The notes below the pieces were generated by a model. That model was not told the origin of the DNA. It was given only the letters and a program-made list of their open reading frames with translations, and made no database searches. From Podarcis pityusensis (Eukaryota): a stretch of DNA of 64,000 nucleotides. Positions 48,084 through 60,347 of this stretch are shown here, in pieces. The translations under genes were made by a program, and so were the position numbers. The number at the start of each line of letters is the position of its first letter. Positions within the stretch are counted from its first letter, which is position 1. The stretch is taken from the NCBI GenBank assembly GCA_964106645.2, contig OZ067052.1; one strand, given 5' to 3'.

Positions 48084-48701
48084 TTGTTGCTTGTTGTTTA
48101 GTCGTTTAGTCGTGTCCAACTCTTTGTGACCCCGTGGACCAGAGCACGCCAGGCACTCCTGTCTTCCACTGCCTCCCGCAGTTTGGTCAAACTCCTGTTC
48201 ATAGCTTCGAGAACACTGTCCAACCATCTCGTCCTCTGTCGTCCCCTTCTCCCTGGGCCCTCCATCTTTCCCAACATCAGGGTCTTTTCCAGGGAGTCTT
48301 CTCTTCTCATGAAGTGACCAAAGTCTTGGAGCCTCAGCTTCAGGATCTGTCCTTCCAGTGAGCACTCAGGGCTGATTTCCTTCAGAATGGAGAGGTTTGA
48401 TCTTCTTGCAGTCCATGGGACTCTCAAGAGTCTCCTCCAGCACCACAATTCAAAAGCATCCATTCTTTGGCAATCAGCCTTCTTTATGGTCCAGCTCTCC
48501 CTACATCACTACTGGGAAAACCATAGCTTTTACTATACGGACCTTTGTTGGCAAGGTGATGTCTCTACTTTTTAAGATGCTGTCTAGGTTTGTCATTGCT
48601 TTCCTCCCAAGAAGCAGGCGTCTCTTAATTTCATGGCTGCTGTCACCATAGCTTTAACTATACAGACCTTTGTCAGCAAGGTGATGTCTCTGCTTTTTTT
48701 T
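48084..48701 (-). mobile_element. BovB (RTE-clade) LINE 3' end
   Basis: The minus ORF DAFELWCWRRLLRVPWTARRSN...EDSLEKTLMLGK...WRALVHGVTKS is diagnostic. (CAA)n tail. Confidence 0.95.
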
Positions 48702-49159
48702 GGTGCAACTCTAGACCCTGCACAGCCCACCAACACTTGGCCTCAAATCAAGGCCTCTGTTAGCACCCATGTCTTATGAAGATGACACCTCCTGAGTTGG
48801 GGTTGGGAGCTCTCCTCTTTGGACCTTGGATAGGAACAAAAGGAGAGCCTGCTGGATCAAGCCCATTGCCCATCTGGCCCAGCACCCTCTTCTCACTCAT
48901 GAGATGCCCTAAAGGCAAACCCTGAGACTGAGAAGCATCACCGCCTGTGACCGCGGAATCAGAGCAGAGCCATTAGAGTGAATAACCATCAATAGTTTTA
49001 TCCTCCTCCATGGATTTGTCCAATCCTCTTATAACGCCATCCAAGCGAGTGGCCATCTCTGCCTCCTGTGGAAGAGAGGTCCATAGCTCATGAAGAAGGA
49101 CTTGCTTTCATCTGACCTGAATCTTCCAGCTCTCAACTTCATCACATGTCCCTGCCTTC

Positions 49160-49615
49160 TGACAAACTGGAACGTGTCCAGAGGAGGGCAACCAAAATGG
49201 TCAAAGGCCTGGAAACGATGCCTTATGAGGAATGGCTAAGGGAGCTGGGCATGTTTAGCCTGGAGAAGAGGAGGTTAAGGGGTGATATGATAGCCATGTT
49301 CAAATATATAAAAGGATGTCAAATAGAGGAGGGAGAAAGGTTGTTTTCTGCTGCTCCAGAGAAGCGGACACGGAGCAATGGATCCAAACTACAAGAAAGA
49401 AGATTCCACCTAAACATTAGGAAGAACTTCCTGACAGTAAGAGCTGTTCGACAGTGGAATTTGCTGCCAAGGAGTGTGGTGGAGTCTCCTCCTTTGGAGG
49501 TCTTTAAGCAGAGGCTTGACAACCATATGTCAGGAGTGCTCTGATGGTGTTTCCTGCTTGGCAGGGGGTTGGACTCGATGGCCCTTGTGGTCTCTTCCAA
49601 CTCTATGATTCTATG
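49160..49615 (+). mobile_element. Young CR1 LINE 3' end
   Basis: Uninterrupted ORF2 end [18 protein letters not shown]...[16 protein letters not shown] and a ctctatgattctatg tail. Confidence 0.95.
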
Positions 49616-50595
49616 TACGTAAAAAAATAAATAAATGCTGCCCCCAAGAGCTTTACCCCTCGAATCCTAGTCTTTGGTCAGGAGGCTAGGCCAGTGGCGG
49701 CTGCCCCATTCAGGGCTGCAGACCTCTGGCTTTGGCTACCGAGAGTCCAGCTGGCAAGGTGCAGGGGAACGGGAAGGGCTAATGCCTTTTGCACACTGGA
49801 GCACAGGGGGTCTTGAAACCCGAACCGTCCCCTAAGCATGTCACATGTTAATAGCAAAAAAAAAAAAGGAAGAAGAAAGGAAAGAGAGGTTTTTAAATAC
49901 CCATACTAAAAAAGGCCAGGAGCCCCTCCCCCCCACCCCGAGGTCCCAGCAAAGGCCCCCAGCAGAAACCAGGCTGTGTTTTTCTCATTTGCAGGACCAG
50001 CCAGAGAGGAGAGTTCCCCCCTCCTCCCCCTCCCTATATCCTTGCAGCAGCCTGTTTCTCCTGCTGTATCTGCTACGGGGGGCAAGGGGGGGTCTCCTTT
50101 TCATGCACCAGGCCCCTTTCATGGTGCAGTCGCAAGCAATGCGCCCAGGGATGGGGTTGCCTCCTTCAGATCCAGGGTGGAAGCAAGAGTTCCTCTCTCT
50201 CTGCTTTTATTTTTTGGCTTGTGCAATATTATATCCTGAATGGATTATGGAATATTACATTTATTTGATAGGAAGTTGTTTATTTTAATGTTACATTTTT
50301 TAATTATGACTTAGTTGGATCAGACTGGTACACAACCTGTGTTGTGCGTTTTGTTGTTTCTGCGGCTTGTAATGCGCCTTGCATATAGCCACATGGTCCC
50401 TCTCTCCAGTAGCGGGTTGGACTAAATGAACTCTGGGGTGCCCTTTCTGCCTCTGTGATGCAGGTGTCCCTTACAGGGAATGCTGCAGCCTCTGAGTGCG
50501 CTGCCTCTGCTTTTGGCTTGGGGGAGGCAGGATGACACCCCCGGCAAATACTTCTTGTGCACTCAGCAAGGGGCGACTTGTGGCAAGTGGAACCT

Positions 50596-51095
50596 TATTC
50601 TTTTTGTAAAGCTTTAATTTATTTATATAATGTATATAAGACAGAGAACAGATACAACAATGGGTAAAGATGAAAAAATGAAAAACAAAACTATGAAACA
50701 GGCACTTTGAATGAGTACAGTTGCACATGGGTGAAAATTGCACAGTCCCAAGTAAAGAATATCAGTTTTGTCTGATGGTCTAGATTTGCCAGGCTTGGAC
50801 CAAGAGTTGCCTTGAAAGTGATACTTCCCTTGTAGATGTAACAATGGAATTTCAAACCATATTCAAAGCATCTAAGAGGTTCTCGCCTTTCTCAAAAACT
50901 CAAAGTGTGCCTAATTTTCTCCATTCCAGCTTTGTTCCAGAGGGTACCAAATATAAGATTTTGGGCTGTTTTCTGTTGAGTTGCAATGACTGTTTCAGCT
51001 GCCGAGATCAATTCTTTTGACAGTGTTCAGCAATATTAATTCTGGATGACAAACAATCGTTTGTTTTGTAATATTTATCATTTCCATCAAAATCA
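50596..51095 (-). mobile_element. Old AT-rich L1-like fragment
   Basis: AT-rich block with a minus-strand AATAAA/A-rich end and a decayed reading frame. No TSD seen. Confidence 0.45.
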
Positions 51096-54000
51096 TGGAT
51101 GTTTTAGCTGAGATTCCTGCATTGCAGGCGGTGGTCCTGGATGTCCCTTGAAATACTTTCCAACTCGACAATTCTGTGATTCTATGAAAATTAAATTTTT
51201 TAAATTTGAGGCCAGCCTTGCATTGAGACGAAGGAGAGGCGAGCCCTGGAGAAAACCCGCAGGAGCGTCTCTGACTTGGAGGGGAAAGAAGAGCTGGGAT
51301 TGGGGGGGGGGGGCAGACTGAACTGAGCCATAAATCTCGGGTGCGGAATCCGAGGGAAAAGGCTCCCACCTGGAAGTCTCGGGCGGCTGCCGAAGGTTCC
51401 CTTTCTGGGGCGCCCCAGATTTGCGGGAAGCAGAGGCTCTGTCGGCCCCTCGTAATTGATGTCCGCTGGAGCTGGGGCTCTGCCAGGCTTGCGTTGGCCG
51501 GGCGCCAGCGTTCTGTAATTTCGGAGCCAGGTGTGAAGCGATTTCTGTTCCGTCTTGTTCCCAAGCACCTACAGAAGCCTCTCGCGTCCCACTGAGGCGG
51601 GGGGGGGGGGTCTGCTCCAGCCTCCAGGAAGGAAACAGCTGTGCAGGTAGAAAGACGGGAAGACGACGGGGAGGGGGTGAGGAAACGGCCCAGCGGCAAC
51701 GGAGTGCTTCTTGCACCCAGGTGCGATGACACAAGGCTGGGTGCCTGCCAGGGGGCACCCAGCCAGGCATGCGCCCACGAGGAAGAGCCCCCTTGCACTG
51801 TGAGGAATTGTGGGGTGGAGAGGAGGGGCTGAGTCCCCCTCCAGTTTGCCCACCTTGCAGGCTGTGGGCTCCTCTTTCTATCCCAGCCTTGCGGTGGCTG
51901 TCCAGAGCCTCACCTGCTGACTTCTTAAGAACCAAAGAAGAGTCTAGCTTCTGGATCAGGCCAAAGGGAGCCCATCTAGGCCAGCGTTGTGTCCTGACAG
52001 TGGCCAACCAGATGCCTCTTATGGGAAATTCTGTTGGCTTTGGTACCCCTGCAAGCCTTGGTCTGTCTGAGCCGGCTGACATCCCCCCACCCTCTTCACT
52101 TTGGCTGGTCCTGTCTTGGCCACGTAAGGGCAGGTTGCTATTAGCATAGTAGCATACAGAGGGAACTGTAGGGATGGGGTGTTTGGTTGCTTAATCTAAA
52201 ACAAAAGCCCCATAGTGCGCTTTTGAAAAGGCGCCCCTGGTTAATCAGGCAACAAATGCACATTACTTCATAGAAACCACCAGAGCAACCTTGCAGATGT
52301 CAGTGATAAGGTGGTCCCTCCGCTCAGGCTTACAATCTAAAAAGTCACAGCATGAAAGGAAAAGCTGTTGGAAGGGAGGAGGGAAAAAGCAGGCACCAGG
52401 CACTGTGCCTTAACATTACAGAATTTATGTCATGGCCAGCTGGAATGGAAAGATTTCAAGAAAACGAGGAGGCAAAGGGAAGAGGGCTCTGGTGCTCTGG
52501 TCCTGCTTTCCGCAAGGCAGGTGGAGAGGTTCTGCAGGTATATACAGATTGAAACTTCAAACTCAAGTGTCTTTAAATAGAAGCAACTGGGGACATATGG
52601 GTGCCCAAGCTGGCATTAATCTGGCAGGAGGGAATGTCATTGAGGACTAGCAAAGTGTGGCATCCCACCCCACGAAAGCTCGCTCACCTTGCCAGCGTGG
52701 ATCTCAGCAAGCCTCTTGGCCAAGAATGATGCTGGATTCAGCAGCTTTTCTGCCCTCTCCCTTCCAGGGGCTGCTGGTCCTCTGGAAAGATCATTAGGGG
52801 ATCCCAGAGTGCTTAATGAAGTGGTGAAAGGGGAGGGGCAGTGAGCACCAGTGAGGGGCAGGTGGAGAGGAGGAGGATTAGGCGCTGCTCAGACACTTGC
52901 CCTCCTTGCAGGCCTCCCTATGGCTGGGAGCAAAGGAGCCAAGGGATCAACTTCCCTTCCAAAGGCCTTTAGGCATCCCTCACAGAGGGCAGATCCCCAG
53001 GCAAACTCATGGAGGTGAGGAAGGCTCTCAGCGGCCCCAAGGGCTCTCTTCTCCCTCCAGCGCCAGATGATGTAGATGCCTCTGGGACACCCAAGTGGGG
53101 ACTGCTGTTGCGCTCAGGTCCTGCTTGCTTGCGGGCTTCCCATGGGGGAATCCCGTTGGCCATGGCGATGGTGGATTAGATGGGCCCTCTCTTGTGCTGT
53201 CTGCATACTGTCTCCAGCACCAGAGGCCCCATTCCTCTGAATCCTTGTTGCTGGGGAATCCCTAGCAGGAGAGCCCTGCTCTGAAGCTCTGGTCCTGGTG
53301 GCTCTCGGGCTGCCCATTGGGTCGTCTGCTTGGCCCCTCACAGAATCAAGGAATCATAGAGTTGGAAGGGAATCTCAGCTGAAGCATCCAAGACAGAGGG
53401 CCATCCACCCGCTGCTTAAAAACCTCCAAGGAGAAGGTTCAGGAAAAAAGCAACTGAAACAATCAAGGGATGTAGTGGTTCCCCTAGGAGGAAAGGTCAA
53501 CTTTTTAATTTAGAGAAAAGGCAAGAGCTGACATGACAGAAGTGCCTTGAATTATGCCCGGCATGAGGAAAGTGGCAGGGGAAAGTTTTGCTCTTCTCAT
53601 AACTTGCGAAAATCCAAGGAGCGGAAAGTTGGAACATTCAGGACAGATAGAAGGAAGAGCTTCCTCATGCAGCAGGGCACGGTTAATCTGTGGAACTCCC
53701 TCCCACCGGAGGCAGGGATGGCCACCAACTGGGATGGCTTTACGAGAGCATTCGACAAATTCATGGAGGACAAGAGGGCTATGGATGGCCACTGGCCATT
53801 GTGCCTAGGCTTTGCCATCATGGTTGGAAGCAGCCATGCTTCAGAAAACCAGTCGCTGGAAATCTCAGGAGGGAAGAGGGCTCTGGGGCTCTGGTCCTGC
53901 TCACAGATTTCCAGGCATCTATCTGGCTGGCCCCTGTGAGGACAGGAGGCTGGGCTCGGTGGGCCACTGCCCTGATCCAGCAGACTCTTTCTTACTCAGG

Positions 54001-57000
54001 CCCTGAGCCTTCCCAGCGCTCCTCCCACCCCCCAACCTCCTTTGGATCGGAGCACCCAGCAGCCCCTCTCTTGTGTCAGCTGCATCTTGGGAGGAGCTGG
54101 CGGCCGGCCAGGTGTCATCACTTGCGGCAGTGCCCCTGCCGGTGGGGGGGGGGAGGCGCGAGATAAGATCAGCCGCTTGAGGTGATGGCACAGTTTCAAA
54201 TAAACCAGGCATGACCCAGAGCTCCCACTTCAAATGGGGGAATGGAATTGCTTCATCCGCTTGACAGCTCGCTCCGCGGAACGAAATTTATCTCCCCTTA
54301 ATTGCCTCGGATCCCCAGAGAGAGGCTGCGTACGGTAATTCCGAGGAGATAATTAACATCAAATTTAAAAAATATGCGGCTCCGTGGCAAGGATCCGAGG
54401 GCCGAGCTGGGAAGGCACAGCCAGAGGTGCCCCCACCCCCAGGAGAGCTGATGGAGTGGCCACAATTGTGGGGGGCATGTGCTCAAGGTTGGGGATGCAG
54501 CTTCTCCCCGGAAGTGATGGAGCATCCCACCTATGCTTTTGGAGGGGGCACAAGGATCAGGACCACCCCCTCCCTGGTCCTTCCAGCAGGAAGCAGGTGG
54601 TTTTGGGGCTTGCAAGCCATGCCTCTTTGGAGGCTCAAGGCAGGGCCAACTTCCTGCCCAGAGAGAGAGTGGCCTGGGCAACTTTGGACAGTGTGTGGGA
54701 CGTCCCGGCTTCCCCTCTTCTGCCCATCCTGACCACTGGCCTCTGCATCCTCTCTCAGTCTTTGCTCAGGAGCAGGAAAGAGCCTCCCTTTGTGCTGGCA
54801 CTGCTGGACAGAAGACCTCTGGAGGTGCCTTGGAGTGGGGTGCGCACTGCATGACTGTGCTGTCAGCCTCCAGAGTGGGCCACCAGCCCTGGCAGGCAGC
54901 ACGGCCAGTGGGCAGGGATGGAGTTGGGAGTTGTAGTCCTGGAGGGTGCCCCGTTGGCTGCCCCTGCTCCAGAGTCCCTGCCTGCAGCCTCCAGGTTGCA
55001 GAGTCATCTGAGGTGGCTTTTCAACAGCAGCACTTCACCACCATCCAAATACATTTGTTTGCTAATAGGATTTCTTACCATAAGGCCCTGGGGCAGGTTT
55101 CAACCCTATAATTATGCAATTACCAAAACATTTATGAAGCCGTTACAATTAGAGAGCAAGCGAAATAGATTAGAGCAGCATCTAAATTGCACCCATAGAG
55201 TTGAGTCCCTCAGAACGTCCAACCACCAATGGTTAGGGAGATCTCTGCAGAGAGGGACTTCCAGAATTTAGGGGGTCCTGCAGAGAAAGCCCCTCTCCTA
55301 GGCTGGCGTTCCCCACATCTCTGAGGGTGGCAGAACCGTTGTGTTTGAAAAAGAATAATTAACAAGTTGTTGCCGAGCTGCACATCTGGGCTGAAGACAG
55401 TCCCTGGGTTTGCAGAGGGCGAGAGCCACTGCTCTTGAAGTGTCCTCTTGGAGGAGAGATGTGTTGCTGGCTACACTCTGCCTCCACAGTCAGAGCCAGC
55501 AATGCTTCTGAGTACCAGTTGCTGGAAACCACAGGAGCAGAGAGTTGCTCTTGTGCTCCAATCCTGCTTGCAGGTTTCCCATAATGAGCACCTGGTTGTC
55601 CACAGTGAAAACAGGACGCTGGACGAGATGGGCCATTGGCCTGACCCAGCAGGCTCCTCTTGGGCTGTTTTTAAGAGGCAAGTTCCTAGTCCTCATAATC
55701 CTCTGAGAACAGGATGCCAGACTCAATGAGCCTGAACCAGCAAGCTCTTCTTATGGAAGCCACAGAAGGGGAGAATGCTCTTGGGCTGGGGACATGAAAT
55801 GTTACTGTTCGTTTATAATACGCCCCCTTACAGCATTGACAATATATCCAGGGGCAGCAAGCTCTGTTGTGCAATGGGCAAGTTGCACGAGGTCTGCATA
55901 GGGTGGGCGAAGGTGCCCAACATCCACCATTCGGATGACCCCTCCTGAGAGTTTGCACAGCCTTGTCTCAAAAGATGTGCCTCCAGGCAAGCTTGGCTTC
56001 CTTTAGACTCCAGCAGCATCTATAAGCTGCTGGTGGTGCTGGTTTGGGGTTTGCTTTTTTTAAAAAAGTACTGAAATTGGAGCAAATTTGCATTTGAAAG
56101 CTGGCGTGAGTCCCCCTCTGATTCTCTTGAGGGAACCTGCACAGTCCCTTTGATGTCCTGCCTCCCTTGGATCTACATCAAGGAGCCTCCCGAGGGGAGA
56201 AAAGCAGAGCCTCTGGCTTGGTGGGGAAATATTTGCACCTGGTTGCCGGGGTGTCAAGAGCAGGGTCACCAGGAGGCAACTGGGGGGAGAGAGAGGCAGC
56301 CCTCCAGGCAGAAGGTGTGAACTTCCCGCTGCAGAGAGGGAAAAGCCTGCACCTCCATGAGGGCTGGCCTCTTGCTGGGGGGAACAACCCTGTCAGCATG
56401 GAGGAGGAGGAGGAGGACAGGGCTTACTGCAGCCCCTGGGCCCAAACCTCCTCAGCTTTTCTCTGAGCAAATTCCGGTCAGATAAAGGACTGCTTCACGA
56501 GGCACAGGCAAACTGTGGAACTCCCTCCCTCAAGAAACAGTCATAGCCACCAGTCTGAATGGCTTTAAAGAGGATTGGAGATATTCATGGAGGAGGAGAG
56601 GGCTGTTGATATTCACTCGCTGTGGTGGCTCTGCCCTGTCAGAGGCTTCTGAGTGCCAGTGGCCGGAAACCTCAGGAGGAGAGAGTGCGCCTCTTGTGCT
56701 CAGATCCTGCTTGTGAGTTTCCCTTTGGGGCATCTGGTTGGCTGCCATCCATGAGAAAAGGATGCTGGACCAGGTGGGCCATTGACCTGACCCCGCAGGC
56801 TCTGCACGAACACCTGACCTCCCTCCCTCTCCAGAATATTATTAACATGAGGTGTAGAAAGCGGGAACGCCCAGCGCCATTTGTGGCAGCACTCGTGAGC
56901 CCACCCAGAGAATCCAGGACTGTGACCCGGTTTGTCCTCCAAATTCCTCCCTATGGGTGGCTTCTGGAAAAGGAAATGTTTTCTGGTAACGCCTCTCCCC

Positions 57001-57374
57001 CACAAGATTCAAGGTGAAATGGGGTGTAGGGTGCAGGAAACTGCCACAGAGTACTCCTGCTTGGCATGCAGAAGGAGGTCCCAGGCTCAGTCCTCCAGTG
57101 GCATCTGCAGGTTGGGCCTGGGGAGCGATGGAGGCTCCCTCCTACATCCAGGGGAACTGTCTCTCTCTCCCACGGGCAGAAGCAACCCAGAGCAGCCCCA
57201 ACCCCTGCAAGCACCCCCTTCCAATTCTGTGAATCTTTAGCTGTGATGGCAGGGGGCTGGACTAGATGACCCTTGGGGATCCCTTCCAACTATGATTCTG
57301 TTATTTATTTTCAGCACCCTTACAGCCCCCCCCCTTTCTTCCCTGGGCTTCGTGCAGGGACTTGCTCTATGGCA

Positions 57375-57397
57375 CTGCTGCTGCTGCTGCTGCTGCT
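57375..57397. repeat. (CTG)n microsatellite
   Basis: About 8 units. Confidence 0.85.
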
Positions 57398-60022
57398 GGT
57401 GGTTCTCCCTGGTGTAATGAATGAGCTGTCAAGCCAGGAGTGAGCGCCTCTTCTTCCTCCTGGCAAAGGCTCCCTTTTTCACACCCTTCTGCATGGAGGT
57501 AGAGTCCCTCTCCGTTGGGGTGGGAGGAGAGGAGGGTGCCTTACCCCTGAGCTACAGTTCCCTCCTCAAAGGACATCTGCCGGGGATGCTTGGGGACACC
57601 TTTCAGGGGCAGGGTGGCACGCTTGGCTCCTTCTGGCTCCACAGATCTGCCCCACAATAGTCCCTCCTAGATGGGGCTTGAGCCTGGTCGCTCTCTGGAC
57701 CTTGCCAGTGGCCTACCTAGTCCAACATCCTGCTCTCACAATGGCCAACCAGATGCCTGAATGGAAAACCCACAGGCAGAGCCCTTTCCGCTCCTGTGGT
57801 TTACAGCAGTTGGCATTCAGTAGCATTGCTGCCTCCCCACCCCTTCATCTGGGGTGCCCTGTTGTGGGGTGACATGGAGAAGAAGCAGTGTTGCAGAACA
57901 TTCCTCCCCTGTCCTCCTCCATGGCAAGTATCTCTCTTTCCAGGACGCCCCGTGCCTGGGGAAGAGACGCAGCTGGCAGCAGCGAGTGGGGAGAAATGTG
58001 CATCTTGGGGCGGATAAGACAATGGGCTGGAAAATCTTTCCTGCTCTTTGCTGGCAGGAGGACCTGCCTGGGGAGGCAGCCGGTACGAGAAGCCTCATCT
58101 GGAGAGAGAGAGAGAGAGGTCTTGCCTGGCCCACGGGCAGCGGAACAAACTACGCCCAGGTTTGCAGCTGGCCAGCTGTGGCCCATCCCCACCTCCCATC
58201 TCCTGTCAGAGGCTCGGAAACGCTGAGCTAACTCCGATCAAGGCTTGAGATTTGTTGTTGAAGGTGCAGGGCGGGGGGAAGAGGACGTGGAGAGGTGCCT
58301 GCCCAGCTGGGCTCTCTGCAGATTTGAGATGGATTGCGGAGTCGCAGCTCCCTGAAATGTGGGATGTCCCTCTCGAGCCAGCGAGAGAGCCCATCAACCC
58401 TGCCTTGAACTCCCAGAGCTGAGCCTCTCCCCATTTCTCTGGCCTGCTCCCCCCACCCTCCTGGTGCCCCCGCCTCCTCCTCTCTGGGTCCCTGCAGCAA
58501 CTCCTTGGAACGCTCCTGCTCCTGCTCCACCAGCACGGGTAATGTCTGGCCAGCGGTTCCGCCAAGAGCTAGATCATGTTGAGGGCGTGGAGGGGAGGGA
58601 GGGGAAGGACAGGGGCTTCCTCCCCTCCGACCCTCTCCTCCTCCGGAGGAACCAGGGAGGAGGAAGAACAGGCGCGGAAGGGATGGATCCAGGCCCCTGG
58701 ACAGGCCCCGGCCACCTTCGGAAGGCTTTCAGCCCTTGAAAAAGACACGTCCCAGCGCCTGTGAATAGGAGGGAGGCAGAGCAAGTGCCCAGATTAGGAC
58801 GTGCCGCTCGCCCAAGGCTGGAGCAGCAGCGAGGCGCTTTTGTGGTGTCCGGACAGGAAGTGAAAGCTCCCTCGGTCTCTCTCTCTCTGCCCTTGTAAAG
58901 CCTCCCCAGGTCACCCTCGACTCTTCCTGTTCTGCCAAGGTTGTCCATAGTTGCAAGATTTGGGACAGATAGAAGAAAGTCCTTCTTCACGCAGCGCCCA
59001 GTTAAACTGCGGAACTCACTCCCTCAGGAGGCAAAAGATGGCCACCAACTTGAATGGCTTTCGAAAAGGAGTAGGCACATTCCTGGAGGAGGCTACTAGC
59101 CCCCAGGGCTCAGCTCTGCACAGCCAGAGGCAGCGATGCTTCTGAATGCCAGTTGCTGAAAACAGCAGGCAGGAGGGGAGAAGGCTCCAGTGTTCGAATC
59201 CTGCTTGCAGGTTTCTTCCAGGCATCTGGTCGGCCCCTGCAAGAAGAGGATGCTGGGCTAGATGGGCCACTGGCCTGATCCAGCAGGCTCTCTCTTCTTA
59301 GGTTCTCACATTTTCAGGTGGGTGCTGCTCCATGGCTGCCGCAAGCACTTCCTGCCACTGCAGGATTCTGCATCTGTTTCAGGTTTTGGCAGCAGCAGAA
59401 TTAGAAGCTTGGGTTTGTTTGAGTCTGCCAAGGAGGTTTGACAGCATGTGGGCAGCAGCCACCACAGTCGTGGAAAACAGCGAGGCTTTTGTGGCTGAGC
59501 TGGGGAGCCTGTGCTTGCCTGCAGTGGCTCTTTGGCCTTCCCCCACCATTGCATATTGTGCAAGCGCTGCTTTGTTTGCGTGACTCGAAAACGGTTGCAG
59601 AGGATTCAGCCTTTTTTTGCAGAACAGCATTTTGATGACTTGTTGGTAGCTCAGCGGAACGCTGCCCCCAAATGCCACGCCTCCACCCCTTCTGCTGAGC
59701 CTGCACCTTCTGGTGCCCTCTCTGGCAGGGACTTGCTCTGGAAGTGGGCGAGCCAGAGCGCCCGTGGGGATGAGGCCGCTCTCCTGCTTCCCAGATCGTC
59801 CTGCCCACCTCTTTTGCAAGGCTTGCACCCACATTCTCCTCCCCCAGGGACAGAGCAGCTGCCTGGTGCTCCTCCTGCAGGTGGGATTCAGCCCAGCCCT
59901 GCAGCTCAGGGTGGCCAGGTTGGCAGCCCCTGCGCCACTCCTGCCGCAGAGCCCCCATGGCCTGCCATGACCTCAGGGGCCAGACCTCCAGCCAGGAGTG
60001 GGCGGCAAATAGGCCCGTTGCT

Positions 60023-60347
60023 CAGTGGTTCCCAAACTTTTTCAGGCCCCCACCCCCTTGTTTCCACAAACTCCTCCCCAGAGCCCCCTACCCTATAAAA
60101 AGCATTATTCAGCATAGTGGTCTTCCCGAACACAATGAAATTCATAACAGGAACAATTGGTTGCACATTTATTCAAAATCCGGTTGGAACTATTTAACTT
60201 AATTCAGCAAAACGGGTGAAATTGATGCAGTGAAACCAGCTTTCCCAGTCCGACAGTCCTTTGCACCTCCAGTGCCCCCCTGCTGCCCCCTTGCCAGGAA
60301 ACTGCCCTGCCCCCAAGGGGTGACACCACCCACTTTGGGAACCACAG
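60023..60347. mobile_element. hAT-like non-autonomous element with both ends
   Basis: TIR CAGTGGTTCCCAAA / TTTGGGAACCACAG. The TSD is not preserved. Confidence 0.75.

Noticed and set aside
51093-52082. 329-aa minus-strand ORF, and similar long ORFs at 30968-31876, 42196-43243, 8040-8816 and 63119-63964
   Set aside because: Pro/Gly/Ala/Arg-biased, running through CR1/SINE remnants or N runs, with no recognisable domain. Such ORFs are expected in GC-rich introns.
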